A DNA stretch of 62,419 bases from an uncultured Gammaproteobacteria bacterium (GTDB taxonomy: Bacteria; Pseudomonadota; Gammaproteobacteria; Steroidobacterales; UBA11654), in NCBI GenBank assembly GCA_964008355.1, contig CAXGBD010000001.1, forward strand, positions 1 through 62,419, in the 5' to 3' direction. The notes under the pieces are model-generated. The model worked only from the letters and a program-made list of their open reading frames with translations, was not told the origin of the DNA and did not search any database. Positions 10,348-19,830 of the stretch are shown here, in pieces (positions within the stretch are counted from its first letter, which is position 1; every line of letters starts with the position of its first letter). The translations under genes were made by a program, and so were the position numbers.

Positions 10348-10522
10348 TTCCTCTATAAATTAATATTTAATATTCATCGTCATTATAATAATAACCTGCT
10401 GGAGTATTGTATTGAAAATTGAATCAATCTAGTATTCTTTTTATCTTATGTGTAGTGTAAATAACAATAATATTTAAAACCTCAGTGTGAACTCCTTTTA
10501 GATTAATAAAAATATTTGATGT

Positions 10523-11605
10523 ATGAGAAAGGTAATTAATCAATATCTTATTAAGGAAGTTGCCCAATCTTGGTTAGCTGTCACACTCATCTTGCTAGCT
10601 ATCTTAGTTATCAACCAATTTGCAAAAATATTAGGTGCTGCATCTGCTGGAAACTACACTGGGAGTGTTATATCAGAGTTACTTTTTTTCTCAACGGTGG
10701 AATATTTAACAGTGTTAATGCCTTTGAGTACTTTTTTGGCTATCTTATTAGTTTTTGGTCGTTTGTATAAAGAAAGTGAAATGGCTGCCATGATGGCCTC
10801 TGGGATCAGTCCGATGTCACTTTATCGCCCTTTATGGATCCCAACCATTTTTTTAGCAATCACGGTAGGCGTTATTGCTATCTTTGTAGCACCAGAGGCA
10901 AGGAAAAATATGAATGAATCAAATCAGGCTGCTATGTTAAATCTAGGGATAGAATCTCTACAGCCGGGTCAATTTGTCACATTGAGAAATGGTGCTGTTC
11001 TTTATTCTGAAAAACGTTTAGAAAATAACCAATTATCAAATGTTTTTGCTCAACAAGAGCTAAGAAACGGTGTCCATGTAGTCGTTTCTAAAACTGCAGA
11101 AATTATTGATAATCCAGATAACGGTGGGGTTGCTCTGGTTTTTTACAATGGATATCTCTACGAAGGAGTGCCTGGAGATTTGGAATTTAGAATCTTAGAA
11201 TTCTCCGAACATCGATTGCCATTATTGAATCCGGAGAGTAACACAGACAAAATTGATTTATCTTTAGAAAGTTTCACTAGTTTAATAGAGAAAAATACAT
11301 CGGAGAGTTTGGCTGAGATTCAATGGAGAATCTCTCCAGCCATTGCGTTGGTTATTTTGGTAATACTATCTATACCTTTAAGTAAAAGCTCCCCAAGGCA
11401 GGGGCGATTTGGGGGATTAGTTATAGGTGTTTTGGTCTACATGATCTATGTAAATTGTTTAGGGGCAGCAAAGGTTTGGTTGGAACAAGGGATTATCCAG
11501 GAAGTATATGGATTGTGGTGGGTACATTTAATAGCACTTTTGGTAAGTGTCATAATGTTGCTAAGTAGTAATAGAGTATTTCAGCGCGTCTTATTTAAAG
11601 ACTGA
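10523..11605 (+). CDS. lptF: LPS export ABC permease LptF
   Basis: YjgP/YjgQ-type permease: 360 aa, three N-terminal TM helices, a periplasmic domain and three C-terminal TM helices. Divergent from pepA, as in other gammaproteobacteria. Confidence 0.85.
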   Translation: MRKVINQYLIKEVAQSWLAVTLILLAILVINQFAKILGAASAGNYTGSVISELLFFSTVEYLTVLMPLSTFLAILLVFGRLYKESEMAAMMASGISPMSLYRPLWIPTIFLAITVGVIAIFVAPEARKNMNESNQAAMLNLGIESLQPGQFVTLRNGAVLYSEKRLENNQLSNVFAQQELRNGVHVVVSKTAEIIDNPDNGGVALVFYNGYLYEGVPGDLEFRILEFSEHRLPLLNPESNTDKIDLSLESFTSLIEKNTSESLAEIQWRISPAIALVILVILSIPLSKSSPRQGRFGGLVIGVLVYMIYVNCLGAAKVWLEQGIIQEVYGLWWVHLIALLVSVIMLLSSNRVFQRVLFKD

Positions 11606-11612
11606 CAAGAAA

Positions 11613-12689
11613 ATGAAACTGTTCGATTTATATATTCTTAAAAATATTCTACAGAGTGTCTTAGTTGTGTTGTTTATTTTTTTAGCTCTTCTAGGGTTTT
11701 TAGAATTTATAGCCCAAGCCGATGATATTGGAATCGGTAGTTATGGACTTAATCAAGCAATCCAGTATTCATTATTAAAACTACCCAGTGCAATTTTCCA
11801 ATTAATGCCAATTATTATCCTTATTGGAAGTCTTTTGGCTCTTGGTGATATGTCAAAGAATAGCGAGCTCTTGGTTCTGCTTACATCAGGAGTCTCACTT
11901 CAACGAATGTGTGTCTCAATATTTTTTTCAGGGATAGTGTTGTGTTTTTTTACCGCCAGTATAGGAGAGTATATTTCTCCAAAAATGGAGCGATATGCGG
12001 ATCAATATCGAACGATCAATAAATATCAATATTCAAGACTTGGTGATACTGGAGGTATTTGGCTGAGAGAAGGAGATAAAATTATCCATATTAACTTACT
12101 GAAAGAAAACAAAAGTTTTGGGAATGTAAGCATTTATCAATTAGCAGGACATAATAAATTATCAAAAATTTCTAGAGCATCATCAGCTGGTATTGATGAT
12201 TACAATCAATGGATTTTGAGTAATTTAAGTGAAACTGTTTTCGACAGTGATGGGATTACTGATGATTATTCACGCTATAAAATAGAAAAAACAAAACTCA
12301 ATAGAGATCTTGTGAATCTGACTATTGTTAAATCCGAGGATCTCAATATTGTTGAGCTTTATAGATTTATTAACTATCTAGATAGTAATGATTTAGATTC
12401 TTCACCATATCGTATGGTTTTTCACTCAAGAATAGCGTCTTTACTAGCTATTCCAATTATGTGTTTACTTGCTCTGCCTTTTTCATTGGGGTTCTTAAGG
12501 AAGAAAGGCATTGGCTTTAGAATTATGTTAGGAGTAATGATTGGTTTGTTCTACTTTTTACTGCAACGAACATTAACTGAGAGTGCCGTGGTTTATAATT
12601 TTGAGCCATTCTTGGTAGGTTGGTCGCCAATTCTACTACTAATAATATTTGTCTTTAGTTTATTCAAAGTTATTAAACAATATAATTAG
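11613..12689 (+). CDS. lptG: LPS export ABC permease LptG
   Basis: Paralogous YjgP/YjgQ permease immediately after lptF. 358 aa. Confidence 0.85.
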   Translation: MKLFDLYILKNILQSVLVVLFIFLALLGFLEFIAQADDIGIGSYGLNQAIQYSLLKLPSAIFQLMPIIILIGSLLALGDMSKNSELLVLLTSGVSLQRMCVSIFFSGIVLCFFTASIGEYISPKMERYADQYRTINKYQYSRLGDTGGIWLREGDKIIHINLLKENKSFGNVSIYQLAGHNKLSKISRASSAGIDDYNQWILSNLSETVFDSDGITDDYSRYKIEKTKLNRDLVNLTIVKSEDLNIVELYRFINYLDSNDLDSSPYRMVFHSRIASLLAIPIMCLLALPFSLGFLRKKGIGFRIMLGVMIGLFYFLLQRTLTESAVVYNFEPFLVGWSPILLLIIFVFSLFKVIKQYN

Positions 12690-12702
12690 GAGTTTTATCG
12701 AG

Positions 12703-13416
12703 GTGCTAGGTTTAAACAAAAAACTATTATTACTAGTTTTAGGTGTTGTGGTGCTCAGTGGTTGTGCAATGAGTGAGGAGGGTATCTTGTCTTCAATAAT
12801 GAATTCCAGTAACAATATAGACCAAAAAAAAACCATTGAAGAAATTGAAATAGAAATTAATTCTAGTCTGAAGGATATTGAAAATTTAGAGAAACAAAAT
12901 GAGGAAAAATTCAACGAGTTAGCTTCTAGAATAAACCAATTAGAACAAATTCTATTCCAGTTAGTAAAAGATCTCCAAACAGATAATGAATCAGATACTA
13001 AAGTCATGGTACTTAACCAAAGTAAAAATGACTTAGGAAGGGAAGAATATCAATTGGCTTTCGAATTACTTAAAGATGAAAATTATGAAACCGCAAGAGA
13101 TTCTTTCATTGAGTTTATTCGTTTGTATCAAGATAGCGATTTTGTTGACGATGCAAAATATTGGTTAGGTGAAACATACTATGCGCAAAGGTTTTTTACA
13201 CAAGCTTTGAAGGAGTTTGAGGAGGTTCTTACTAAATTTCCTAACTCTGGGAAAATTCCAGAGGCATTACTAAAAAAAGGTTTTTGCTATTTTGAATTGG
13301 GTGAAGTTGAGAAATCAAGACAGCTTTTAAAGAGTGTTGTCAACCAGTACCCTGATAGTTCCGTTTCTCGGTTAGCAGTCCAAAAACTTAAAATGATTGT
13401 TAGCGTTACAGAATAG
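12703..13416 (+). CDS. cpoB: CpoB/YbgF-like cell-division coordinator (coiled coil + TPR), apparent lipoprotein
   Basis: Coiled-coil segment followed by TPR-like repeats (YWLGETYYAQ, ALLKKGFCYFELG). It precedes queE-queC as ybgF does in Pseudomonas. I prefer the GTG at 12703 (AGGAG at 12688) to the track start at 12649, which lies inside lptG. Lipobox LSGC. Confidence 0.7.
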   Translation: MLGLNKKLLLLVLGVVVLSGCAMSEEGILSSIMNSSNNIDQKKTIEEIEIEINSSLKDIENLEKQNEEKFNELASRINQLEQILFQLVKDLQTDNESDTKVMVLNQSKNDLGREEYQLAFELLKDENYETARDSFIEFIRLYQDSDFVDDAKYWLGETYYAQRFFTQALKEFEEVLTKFPNSGKIPEALLKKGFCYFELGEVEKSRQLLKSVVNQYPDSSVSRLAVQKLKMIVSVTE

Positions 13417-13419
13417 TAG

Positions 13420-14073
13420 ATGCTTAAAAAAAATAGCTTAAGAATCACTGAAATCTTTTCTTCTATTCAGGGAGAAACATCAAAAGTTGGATTGCCAACT
13501 GTCTTTATTAGACTTACGGGATGCCCACTAAGATGCCACTATTGTGATACTAGTTATGCATTCAATGGGGGTGAATTGATGCAACTAGTAGCCGTTATTC
13601 AAAAGGTAAAAGAACTTGGGTTTAAAGATGTGTGTATTACAGGCGGAGAACCTTTAGCTCAAAATGATAATACAAAACATCTTCTTAAAGAACTGGCTGA
13701 TTTGGGGTTTGAGGTCAGTCTTGAAACTGGAGGTTCAATTAGTGTTGCAGGCATTGACGAGAGAGTAAAAATAATTATGGATATTAAGTCCCCTGATTCC
13801 GGTGAAGTAGCTAATAATCTCTGGAAAAATATAGAGTTATTAAAAGCATCAGATGAATTAAAAATAGTCATTTGCAGTAGGGAGGACTATCTTTGGTCTA
13901 GAGATATCATTGATCAGTATCATATCAATGAGAAATGTCAGATTCTCTTATCTCCATGTTCAGGGACATTAGAGCCAAGACAGCTTGCAGAATGGATTTT
14001 AGAGGACCATATTCCAGCAAGATTCCAAATGCAGATACATAAGATTTTATGGAATAATCAACCAGGAAAATAA
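13420..14073 (+). CDS. queE: 7-carboxy-7-deazaguanine synthase (radical SAM)
   Basis: SIQGETSKVGLPTVFIRLTGCPLRCHYCDT, the CxxxCxxC-type radical SAM cluster motif in a QueE context. Confidence 0.9.
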   Translation: MLKKNSLRITEIFSSIQGETSKVGLPTVFIRLTGCPLRCHYCDTSYAFNGGELMQLVAVIQKVKELGFKDVCITGGEPLAQNDNTKHLLKELADLGFEVSLETGGSISVAGIDERVKIIMDIKSPDSGEVANNLWKNIELLKASDELKIVICSREDYLWSRDIIDQYHINEKCQILLSPCSGTLEPRQLAEWILEDHIPARFQMQIHKILWNNQPGK

Positions 14074-14077
14074 CATT

Positions 14078-14767
14078 ATGACCAAAGCTGTTGTTTTATT
14101 GTCAGGGGGAATGGATTCTGCAACAGCATTGGCTGTGGCAAAAACAGATGGTTGCGATTGTTATGCTTTGAGTATTGATTACGGCCAGAGACACAAGTAT
14201 GAATTGACCGCAGCTAAAGTAATTGCTGATGATTTAGGTGTTATCGAACATAAAATTATTACTATTGATTTAAGTGCTTTTGGTGGTTCAGCATTAACTG
14301 ATCAAAATTTACCAATTCCTGTAGAGGAATCCACTGGTATACCTATCACTTATGTTCCAGCAAGAAATACTATTTTTTTCTCCCTAGCCTTAGCATGGAG
14401 CGAAACTATAGAAGCGGAGCTAATTTACTCTGGAATCAATGCAATTGATTACTCAGGCTATCCTGATTGCAGGCCTGAATATATAGTTGCTCTTCAAGAC
14501 TTATTTGACCTGGCCACTAAAAAAACTGTAGAGGGACATAAAATCCATTTAAAAACACCATTGATAGATCTCACAAAGACTGAGATTATTTCTTTGGGAA
14601 GAAGTAAAGGTGTTGATTTTTCAAAAACAGTTTCTTGTTATCAAACCGATGAAGATGGAAGATCTTGTGGAATTTGTGATTCGTGTAGGCTCAGGATTAA
14701 GGCTTTTAAAGACTTGCAAATTGAAGATACTATTGAATACGTTAAAAGAAATTCGACTGTTAAATGA
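14078..14767 (+). CDS. queC: 7-cyano-7-deazaguanine synthase
   Basis: PP-loop LLSGGMDSA and C-terminal zinc Cys cluster CYQTDEDGRSCGICDSC. Confidence 0.93.
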   Translation: MTKAVVLLSGGMDSATALAVAKTDGCDCYALSIDYGQRHKYELTAAKVIADDLGVIEHKIITIDLSAFGGSALTDQNLPIPVEESTGIPITYVPARNTIFFSLALAWSETIEAELIYSGINAIDYSGYPDCRPEYIVALQDLFDLATKKTVEGHKIHLKTPLIDLTKTEIISLGRSKGVDFSKTVSCYQTDEDGRSCGICDSCRLRIKAFKDLQIEDTIEYVKRNSTVK

Positions 14768-14821
14768 GTTTTTTATTTATTTGCCTTGAGGTATTATTCA
14801 ACCGCATTTCATACTTTTACC

Positions 14822-14897
14822 GGGCCGTTAGCTCAGTCGGTAGAGCAGCTGGCTTTTAACCAGTTGGTCGAAGGTTCGAATCCTTCACGGCCCACCA
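14822..14897 (+). tRNA. tRNA-Lys (anticodon UUU), CCA encoded
   Basis: 76 nt, GGGCCGTTAGCTCAGTCGGTAGAGCAGCTGGCTTTTAACCAGTTGGTCGAAGGTTCGAATCCTTCACGGCCCACCA. Near-identical layout to E. coli tRNA-Lys. The anticodon loop is CTTTTAA. Confidence 0.95.
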
Positions 14898-15009
14898 GCT
14901 TGAATAGATGAATCGAAATACAAGAAAATACTGGAAGGTCTCTGCTGTTACAGCAATGGTTTTTTTTGTAATACTAGTTCTAATCTTTATTAATTCATTG
15001 TAAATTTTT

Positions 15010-15381
15010 ATGAAAGAATCAATTAATGTTTTTGGAGAGCCTCTCAGAGAATGTAGCAACTCTCCGATGACAGGTTTTTTTAGAAATGGATGCTGTGACA
15101 CCTCTGATGAGGACTTTGGCAGTCATACAGTTTGTATAATTGTTACAAAAGAATTTCTATTATTCTCTGCCTCGGTTGGTAATGATTTATCCACACCTAT
15201 GCCTGCAATGGGATTTTCAGGTTTAAACCCTGGAGACCAATGGTGTCTCTGTGCGCCAAGATGGCAAGAAGCTTTGGAAGCTGGAGCCGCTCCAAAAGTT
15301 TTATTGTCTGCCACTCATCAAGGGGCACTTGAATACATTGACATCAAGTATCTGAAACAATTTGCCATTGATTTAAACTAA
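15010..15381 (+). CDS. DUF2237 family protein
   Basis: 123 aa with the Cys-rich pattern typical of DUF2237 (GFFRNGCCDT...GSHTVC...WCLCAPRW). Confidence 0.7.
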   Translation: MKESINVFGEPLRECSNSPMTGFFRNGCCDTSDEDFGSHTVCIIVTKEFLLFSASVGNDLSTPMPAMGFSGLNPGDQWCLCAPRWQEALEAGAAPKVLLSATHQGALEYIDIKYLKQFAIDLN

Positions 15382-15460
15382 GTTTTAAAAGCAAGCTGTA
15401 ATTTTGATTTAGAATATAATAAAAATTAATACGATTGGATGAATGATTGAGAAGAGGTAA

Positions 15461-16363
15461 ATGAAAACTAGACTATTTTTATCACTTGCTTTCGTTTTTT
15501 TAATGCAAGGATTTTTTTCTTTGCAGGCTGATTACTCTGACCAAGCAGAACGATTGGATGCATTGACACCTGATAACAGAATAATTGCTGAGGATTTGAT
15601 GTCTTTTATGAAGGCATCCGATGACCAATATTTTTCTTGGGTAGAAACAATCAATAAACAATCAATTACCGATGAAAACTTTGATTGGATTACTGAATAT
15701 TCTGATTTTAATGTCAAAGTTATGAGAGGAGATGTGGTAGAGAAGATAGGAAGAATGCTATCAGAGGGTAAATTGACTGCCCCAGGAAGGGGGAATAAAG
15801 ATCTAGTTTGGGGTCGATTCTATTCTATAGACATTCATCCAAAAACACCTTTAGTGGGAATGTTACATGCAACTATTGTTTTACAATTCTTTGAGGACAA
15901 TTCTGTGGCTACTGGTGGATGGCTTGACATGATGCCAGGAACAAGAATTCCTGAGGATCTGGAATTTTTAAGACAGGTTACCGATAATTATTTTGCAAAG
16001 AATGGTGCAAACCCATCCTTATACCGGAGATTAGTTTGCAAAGGAACTGAGGACACCATCGAGTATTGGCGCAGGAAACCTTCCTGTTCTGGTGTGAGTT
16101 TTTACGGTCCACCTGTCTTTAGGGAAAGTGGTGAGAAAAGCTATCAATTTATTAAAGGGATGTTCACGGAATTTGTGGATGCTTATTTGCAACTGGTTGA
16201 AAGAAGGATGAATGATAGATTCACCAATGAAGATCTCTTGGCCCAAGAGGAAATGCGAAAGCGCTGGCTAATTGATCAGCTATTCTCAGATCCATATGCT
16301 AGTAAAATTGTACCTTTCGAGGTTTGGTCAACTGCCAATATGCCTCCAACAGTAAGATTTTAA
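15461..16363 (+). CDS. coproporphyrinogen III oxidase (HemF)-like protein with N-terminal signal peptide
   Basis: Blocks align with E. coli HemF: HPKTPLVGMLHATIVLQFF vs HPHNPYVPTSHANVRFF; FVDAYLQLVERR vs YTDAYLPIVERR; ANMPPTVRF vs MSMPPLVRW. The N-terminus MKTRLFLSLAFVFLMQGFFSLQA looks like a Sec signal. Confidence 0.55.
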   Translation: MKTRLFLSLAFVFLMQGFFSLQADYSDQAERLDALTPDNRIIAEDLMSFMKASDDQYFSWVETINKQSITDENFDWITEYSDFNVKVMRGDVVEKIGRMLSEGKLTAPGRGNKDLVWGRFYSIDIHPKTPLVGMLHATIVLQFFEDNSVATGGWLDMMPGTRIPEDLEFLRQVTDNYFAKNGANPSLYRRLVCKGTEDTIEYWRRKPSCSGVSFYGPPVFRESGEKSYQFIKGMFTEFVDAYLQLVERRMNDRFTNEDLLAQEEMRKRWLIDQLFSDPYASKIVPFEVWSTANMPPTVRF

Positions 16364-16956
16364 TGGAAAATAGTATAAAAATAGATAATGAATATGAGGA
16401 TCCTAATAGATTCTTTTGGTATTTCATCTATGCTTCCATAACCATTGTTACTGCTTTACCTTTACTGGGATTAAGGATAAGTGATTTTGGAATCAATTAC
16501 TTATTTTTGCTTGTGGTCCATGAGATGGCGGCATTTTTATTTTTTGGACACACATTGTTTTCTAATATTTGGGCTATGCAGATTCGTTTTAATCAATCAA
16601 CTGAAGTGGGTGTTTGGGCGAGAGCATTTTTAAGAAAACTTGCTCTATCAATTACCATGACTACCTCAATTATTATCCCAGTTGTGGGACTCATGCTTAT
16701 AGAAACGTGGGGAGGGCTTCATAATGCGGCTTGGGCATGGAATGCTTATTTAGCATTTTGGATTATGGGAGCCGTAAGTATTACTCCAGATGTTATTAGA
16801 TATGGAAGAAACAGGAATGCTGGTGACCCTAAACATGGGATGGCCAGCGGTTTAATTAGAGGGAATATAGCTTTACTTTTAACCATCTATATTTTCTTGT
16901 GTATGGTTGTAAAGATTGCTTGGGTGACGCCCTTTCCAAAATTAACTATATTTTAA
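16363..16956 (+). CDS. integral membrane protein, unknown function (about 5 TM helices, His in the helices)
   Basis: The ATG overlaps the upstream stop (TAATG at 16361-16365). Hydrophobic helices include VVHEMAAFLFFGHTLF. Confidence 0.6.
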   Translation: MENSIKIDNEYEDPNRFFWYFIYASITIVTALPLLGLRISDFGINYLFLLVVHEMAAFLFFGHTLFSNIWAMQIRFNQSTEVGVWARAFLRKLALSITMTTSIIIPVVGLMLIETWGGLHNAAWAWNAYLAFWIMGAVSITPDVIRYGRNRNAGDPKHGMASGLIRGNIALLLTIYIFLCMVVKIAWVTPFPKLTIF

Positions 16957-16986
16957 ATTCTTAGAAAGAAACCCCTTAATTAGTTG

Positions 16987-17961
16987 CTAATTCACTGCTT
17001 GCTGTTTCATCGCCTCAGAATTTGCTGTAGCTTGGGCCAATCCGTTTTTGATATTATCTTGTTGAGTGATCGGCTCATAAAGAGGTCCAATATCTGGATC
17101 AACAAATTGAGACAGGGGTTTGACAATGTGGTCTCCATCAATGGCACAAAACCGAGCAATAGAATAGCGTATCCACTGCACAGGAACGACTCTGTGATTG
17201 CTGGCTTTTATTTTTCCATTAGTCATGCGTTCAATCATATCTCCAATATTGACGACAACCTCATAAGGACCTACGTCAACACCAAGCCATTCGCCTTTCT
17301 GGTTCTGAATTTCTAGTCCTAAGTTCGTTTGTGTCAGCAGTGTAAAGACTTCATAGTCTGTATGAGCGCTGATTCCATAAAGGTTTGCTTCAGGTTCATC
17401 TTCTACACAGGGATAGTAAATTAACCTCATCGTTGAAGGGGATCGCTCGGTCATTTTTGATGTTATGTAATCTTTTTCAAGATCAAGTGCATGTTCAAGG
17501 GCTCTTGCAAATGTTTGTTCTAGCGCTGTAAATGTTAGGTAATAATTATAAACATGTTTCCTGAATTCAGGCATCTTTGGCGGCCACAGGTTGGGACCAT
17601 AATTTTCATGCTCATGATCAATCTCTGTAATCTCATAACATAAATCAAAGGCAGAACACGTGGCTTTTGTATTTGCTAAATAAGCTGGTTCTTGTCCACA
17701 CGGCGACCATCCTCTCCCAAAGTGAGCGTTTCGGTAATGAGCCGACTGTTTTCTTGGATCATCATCATCCAAGCTGTGAAAGATTTTAGATTGCTCATAA
17801 GCATTGTCAATAATCTCTTTTGGTATCTTGTGATCAATTAAGATCAGAACCTCATTTGCATACAAGGCTTCTTTGAGAAGATCTATTTCTCTTTGTGCAG
17901 CTTTGCTGTCAATGTCGATTTGAAAATTTTTAAAACTGAGTTTTTTCAATATGTGTTTCAC
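16987..17961 (-). CDS. 2-oxoglutarate/Fe(II)-dependent oxygenase (isopenicillin N synthase-like)
   Basis: Facial triad context: SAHTDYEVFTLL ... NHRV. 324 aa with the typical N-terminal non-haem dioxygenase region. Confidence 0.8.
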   Translation of the reverse strand: MKHILKKLSFKNFQIDIDSKAAQREIDLLKEALYANEVLILIDHKIPKEIIDNAYEQSKIFHSLDDDDPRKQSAHYRNAHFGRGWSPCGQEPAYLANTKATCSAFDLCYEITEIDHEHENYGPNLWPPKMPEFRKHVYNYYLTFTALEQTFARALEHALDLEKDYITSKMTERSPSTMRLIYYPCVEDEPEANLYGISAHTDYEVFTLLTQTNLGLEIQNQKGEWLGVDVGPYEVVVNIGDMIERMTNGKIKASNHRVVPVQWIRYSIARFCAIDGDHIVKPLSQFVDPDIGPLYEPITQQDNIKNGLAQATANSEAMKQQAVN

Positions 17962-18043
17962 TCATACTTATTGCAATTAGAGACTATATAATACTTTAAT
18001 ATAAATACTATATAACGATTACGGAATTGCTTTTATTTAGATC

Positions 18044-18358
18044 ATGATAGCGGTTCTAGAGGGAGTAAAGTTGGACAAGGAAATCATTAAAATTAAAAAG
18101 ACACTCAACCAAAGTATGGATATATCAATACTTGAAGTTGAAGATCAAGGTCACTTACATCAAGGACATAAAGCTGCTGTGGAGGGGAAACTGCATCTAA
18201 AAATGATCATTGTTTCTGATGAATTTATAAATTTAAATCCTGTTGAAAGACATCAAAACATATACTCTATTCTGGCTGATTTTCTTGCTGGTAGACTCCA
18301 TGCATTAAGTCTTGAAACATACACTATCAAAGAATATAGCAATTTGAGGGAGATCTAA
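18044..18358 (+). CDS. BolA family protein
   Basis: About 100 aa with HLKMIIVSDEF...PVERHQNIYSIL...LHALSLETYT, a BolA-type fold signature. Confidence 0.75.
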   Translation: MIAVLEGVKLDKEIIKIKKTLNQSMDISILEVEDQGHLHQGHKAAVEGKLHLKMIIVSDEFINLNPVERHQNIYSILADFLAGRLHALSLETYTIKEYSNLREI

Positions 18359-19167
18359 TTTTTAATGGCAATGACACCGGCATGGTCTTTAGCATCTTTG
18401 TCCTCATTATGAGAAAAACCTAGAAAGGTTGATTCAAGAATTTTAAATCCAGCATCTCTACATTCACGGGCTAGCGTTTCAGGATCCAGGCAATTCATGT
18501 AAGGAGTCATCCCTGAGGGTAATTCTGGGATAGGTAGACATTGCAAGACATCCTCTATAAGTCCAGGGAAGAGCTCACCCGCTGCTTTTCTTTTTTTAAA
18601 TTCTGGTAGAAATTTTTGCCATGGACCTGAAAAACAAGTATCGGTAACAAAATATACCTTTCCCTTAGGTCTGAGCCATCTATACATTTTTGTCAAGGTC
18701 GTTTTAAGATCATCAGGCATTAAAAAATGCAAAGTTCGGGAACAATGAATAGTTGTGAACATTTCGTCTTTAAAATTAATTTCTGGCAATGTTCCTTTTT
18801 TAGTTTTTAGTCTGGGTAGATCTTCTTTAGGAGTTTCCTTGATAAGAATATCCAGGTGTGCTTGATCCATGTCGCTTGCCAATACGTGCAATCCATTTTG
18901 CAGTGCTGCCAGTGTAGCTACTCCGTAAGCACAGCCCATGTCTAGAGATAATCCATCCAGTCCATTGGATTCTTCCACAAATCTTCGTGATATGTCATTG
19001 AGATCTTCTTCCATGAAGCCTCTCTTATTCAGCGTTGGAATTAGACCAGGAAAGAGTGGTTTAGGAATGTTTGTTATACCTTTTGTTTGTGCAAAAGGAT
19101 CAGTTAATTTTGTAATGCTAGAATTACGCTTTTCTCTTTGACTAGCTTGATGGTCAGGTTTTTTCAT
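18355..19167 (-). CDS. class I SAM-dependent methyltransferase
   Basis: Motif I-like LDMGCAYGVATLAALQNG, then acidic ASDMD and a post-II region. 270 aa. Confidence 0.75.
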   Translation of the reverse strand: MKKPDHQASQREKRNSSITKLTDPFAQTKGITNIPKPLFPGLIPTLNKRGFMEEDLNDISRRFVEESNGLDGLSLDMGCAYGVATLAALQNGLHVLASDMDQAHLDILIKETPKEDLPRLKTKKGTLPEINFKDEMFTTIHCSRTLHFLMPDDLKTTLTKMYRWLRPKGKVYFVTDTCFSGPWQKFLPEFKKRKAAGELFPGLIEDVLQCLPIPELPSGMTPYMNCLDPETLARECRDAGFKILESTFLGFSHNEDKDAKDHAGVIAIKN

Positions 19168-19714
19168 TTTCCATTATTTGTTTATGAAATTCTGAAAACT
19201 CTGGGTGTACATTTTTCTCATATAAACGTGTCATGAAACGCTCAACAATTGGTGTGATGACAGGGATTCTTGGTTGTTTCTGGTAGAGTTCTTTCATATA
19301 AATGAGGGGTGTTTTGTGACTTTCTGCATAAGTAATAAATTTCCAACCATCCTCTTTCTTTCTCAGGACAGCAGAGACTCTCGCATCCCCGCCCCAAGCC
19401 TTCATTGGACCCCGTATTTTCATATCGTGCCTTATCCACCCAGCAGCAAAAACCAGATCGTCAGATAACCGTTTAACTTGAATATCATAGAATCTCATTC
19501 GGATTGCTTCTATCATCCTTTTGCCTGGTATTGGTTCCCAATATTTCTTTAATGCTTCCCAACCGATCTTCCAGTTCGATTGTTCTTCAGCTAAATAAAA
19601 AGGAGAGGGATCTTCTTGATCCCAGAGGTTTTTGAGGTTGCCGTATTGTTGTGAGTCCCAAATCTTTTCCGCATCACGAAAAACATTTTCAATCTCAATT
19701 TGTAAATCATCCAT
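19154..19714 (-). CDS. NTF2-like / SnoaL-like (DUF4440-type) protein
   Basis: Pattern ...RVSAVLRKKEDGWKFITYAESH is typical of NTF2-fold cone proteins. It overlaps the downstream methyltransferase by 14 nt. Confidence 0.55.
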   Translation of the reverse strand: MDDLQIEIENVFRDAEKIWDSQQYGNLKNLWDQEDPSPFYLAEEQSNWKIGWEALKKYWEPIPGKRMIEAIRMRFYDIQVKRLSDDLVFAAGWIRHDMKIRGPMKAWGGDARVSAVLRKKEDGWKFITYAESHKTPLIYMKELYQKQPRIPVITPIVERFMTRLYEKNVHPEFSEFHKQIMENEKT

Positions 19715-19830
19715 GTAATATTCCTTAAACTGAATTCATTTTGCATGGATTGTTTGGTTTTGGCTATAGAAAATAGCTAGCAGTTGCAGTTAAGATATAA
19801 TGATCATACAGATAAAAATGGAGAAAAAAA

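Noticed and set aside
14944-14967. Terminator or att-like element just after tRNA-Lys
   Set aside because: There is only a 4-bp stem (GCTG-tta-CAGC), separated by 5 nt from the T-run. That is too weak to call, and I spotted no repeat of the tRNA 3' end elsewhere.
14856-15101. 81-aa minus-strand ORF in the track
   Set aside because: It runs antisense through the tRNA-Lys gene and into the DUF2237 start. It has no coding signature and is explained by the tRNA.
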